The notes under the pieces were generated by a model. The model was not told where the DNA came from. It did no database searches and worked only from the letters and a program-made list of their open reading frames with translations. A program made the position numbers and the translations under genes. Shown here in pieces: positions 61,273-64,000 of a stretch of 64,000 bases of DNA. The stretch is from Azolla caroliniana (lineage: Eukaryota > Plantae > Polypodiophyta): NCBI GenBank assembly GCA_043228905.1, contig JBHGNT010000022.1:3844001-3908000 (forward strand), written 5' to 3'. Each line of letters begins with the position of its first letter. Within the stretch, counting starts at the first letter, position 1.

Positions 61273-64000
61273 TGTCGCGGTCACATGGACCACACCCAAA
61301 TTAGGCCACCCAAATTAGGCCCCTACCAAGCCCCATAATTAGAAGAGCTAATTGGAGTGGGAGAACACCCTCCACGCTAAGAGTAGTCTATAAAATGTAA
61401 CTTAGAATGTAATTGAAAGGGAGCTATTCTTGAGAGCATTTTGAGAGCATTTTGAGAGCATTTCACATCTTGGTGGAGAAGACGGGCAAAGCAACCCCAA
61501 CTCACGACCCCAACAACACACGCCACGATGCAACACGACAACAACGGCAGCAACGCCAACTCAATGAATCTGGAATTCCTCCAACAACAAATTCAAGACC
61601 ATCAGCCCACATGGCCAATCGACCAACTGGTTCAAGCCCTGTCCAACATTATTTTACAAGTTAACCATACTAACCAAGCCATGTTGTCATTTCTTTCAGC
61701 AAGATCCGAGCCACAACAAAATCTCCCGAACCCTCGAGTTCGCCCAAAACCATTCTCTGGCCTACCATCGGAAGACGTCCTCTCTTGGCTGGATCATTTC
61801 GAAATGGTGGCCAGTTACCACCAGTGGCCACACCCCTGGAAGGCAATGGAAATGAAGACACTCCTCGAGAATATTGCAGCATTATGACTCGTACAACAAC
61901 CCGAAGAGACACACAACGATTGGGATCTGTTACGGGTAGCCATGATTCGGAATTTTGCTCATCAAGACTCCCGCCAGACGGCCCTACAACAACTGGAGTC
62001 AATTGCCCAACAACCACGCGAACCCATCACCCAGTTCGTGGTTCGGTTTGTGCAGATCATACGCCGGGCTGACGCCAACATGTCGGAAGACATGAAGTTG
62101 TTTTTCTTCTAGCCGCGTATCCGACATGACCTCCGCCGCCGTGTACGTGATCAAGGTCCGACGACACTACACGAAGCCATCCTCACCGCCCAACGCATCG
62201 AAGTTGCAGACGTGCACGACATGCACACACCAGGTAATCTCAGTCACGATCATACAAACACTATGCCAGCCGCCACTCCCATGGACGTCAACGTCCAAAA
62301 TGCGCAATTACGTGCCAAGCGTGCATTGCCCGAACGAGATAGCCAAGGACCCCCCAAATGTTTCTACTGCAACAACTATGGCCACATTCGGCGTCAATGC
62401 CGAAAGTGGCAAAATCACCAACAGAAGCAGAACGTCCAATTAGCCGACGCTGCCTCCCTCTCTGAGCTCCCGGAAAACTAATGCGCGGGGTGCCGCAGGG
62501 AGAGCCGCCCCCGCACGTCCACGCCTCCACGTCATCAACTTCTTTTGTTTCTCCCACGATCGAGCCGCCCCCGTACGTCCACACCTCCACGTCATCAACT
62601 TCTCCCGTTTATACCACGATCAAGCCGACCCCGCATGTCCACGCCTCCACGTCATCAACTTCGCCCGTTTGTACCACAATCGCCCGCCTCCAACACACGA
62701 CCCAAGAAGTTCTCCTCAACTCCGGCAGCAACATCTCTTCCATCAACACAGATTTAGTCACCCAATTACAACTTCCCACGAGCCACACACCGCCCATTAA
62801 AATCCTCTTCGGTGACCAACAACAGGTGTACCACTCACTGCGCAAGTCATGTGCATGCTCACCATCAGTTCCGCCCAGATCCAACATCATTTCTACGTCC
62901 TCCCGCGCCAGTTGTTCCCAATCACCCTGGGTTGTGATTGGTTCTTCCATAGTTGAGCCTGTCTCGATTTCTCCTCACAACAGTTCATCCTCCCCAATCA
63001 CCTTCCGATCGCGCTCTTCACTACTCCGCAAGATACCACCCACATCAGCAACACACAGTACTTGGTATCACCGACAGAGCGCATCCACGACATCCGACGG
63101 CTCCTAGACACCTTTCCCTCGTAGTCTACACCACCTGCAAAACCTCCCTCGGTCCGTTTTTCGATCCACCACACGATTCCTACAGGCAACGCCCGCCCCA
63201 TCCACGCAGCTCCTCGACGTCGCTCGCCTCTCGACCACGAGCGCATCGACAACGCCATCAAAACTATGCTACAACAAGGGATTATCACACCTTCCAAGAG
63301 CGAGTGGATCTCGGAGCCACACATGGTAAAGAAAGGGGATGGCTCTTACCGTTTTTGTGTCGACTTCCGACAACTAAACCATGTCACCACCCATGACCGA
63401 TATCCTCTCCCTCGTATCGACGACCTCCTTGACCAGCTCGGCAAATCAAAGTACTTCACCTCCCTCGATCTGGCCTCGGGATATTGGCAGATCTCTATGA
63501 ATCCTAAAGATGCCCACAAAACTGCATTCCACACTAAGAAAGGCATTTTTCAGTTCACACGGATGCCCTTCGGCCTATCCGATGCTGGGAGCACATTCCA
63601 GCGAATGGCTAACGCCATCTTCGATGATCTCATCACCCATCGCGTCGTCATCGTCTATTTAGACGATATTCTGATACATACAAGCACTTGGGTGGAACAC
63701 CTTCAAGTCCTTCGGGAGGTTCTCACTTGTGTTCAACGCTATCGATTGCAGCTGCAATGGAAGAAGTGTCGATGGGGTAGTACGCACCTCCGCTTCCTCG
63801 GGTACGTCATCTCCTCCGACGGAGTACAGATGGACCTAGAGAAGACGGAAGCAGTCCAAAAATTCCCATGCCCCACCACAATCAAGCAGCTTCAACGCTT
63901 CCTCGGCCTCCTCACGTTCTCTCTCCGCTTCATCCCACGGCTAGCCGACCTGTCAGCCCGCCCCACTACGCGCGCTCCTGCAAAAAGACAAACCCTTCCT
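61273..64000 (+). mobile_element. Ty3/Gypsy element J (195-bp LTR 61273-61467, tRNA-Ala-type PBS 61471-61488, gag-PR-RT; runs off the window)
   Basis: TG...CA LTR with TATAAAA. Gag PKPFSG...WLDHFE, CFYCNNYGHIRRQC; RT FCVDFRQLN, YPLPRIDDLL, LDLASGYWQI, MPFGL, YLDD; frameshifts present. Confidence 0.9.
62502..62681 (+). repeat. 60-bp coding tandem repeat x3 at the start of J pol
   Basis: EPPPHVHASTSSTSFVSPTI-like 20-aa unit. Confidence 0.9.

Overview
Plant nuclear DNA, probably from a non-seed land plant (inferred from the Tcn1-like chromovirus, tRNA-Trp-primed Gypsy elements and apparent unedited C-to-U sites in a plastid fragment). Two host genes flank a retrotransposon pile-up: an EndoU-family poly(U) endoribonuclease (minus strand, ~3.35-5.6 kb) and the histone chaperone HIRA (plus strand, 10 exons, 44966-53185, ~978 aa). 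The ~9-39 kb interval is a five-level nest: Copia C > Copia B > Gag-only element E > Gypsy F > chromovirus G. It also holds a 3'-truncated Copia A fused to the 3' end of element D, which carries a long coiled-coil ORF. A second nest at ~55-64 kb has an old Copia I containing a plastid-DNA mosaic (rpl2), a deleted Copia H and a short-LTR Gypsy J that looks more animal-type than plant-type. The most unusual signals are (i) antisense tRNA-like A-box/B-box modules near the 5' ends of LTRs of unrelated Gypsy lineages, (ii) a Gag-only element sharing cis-signals with the pol-bearing element nested inside it, (iii) strong CAG/CTG avoidance in F, and (iv) a predicted -1 frameshift between protease and RT in F. 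Everything was read by eye with no searches run; lineage names are inferences.
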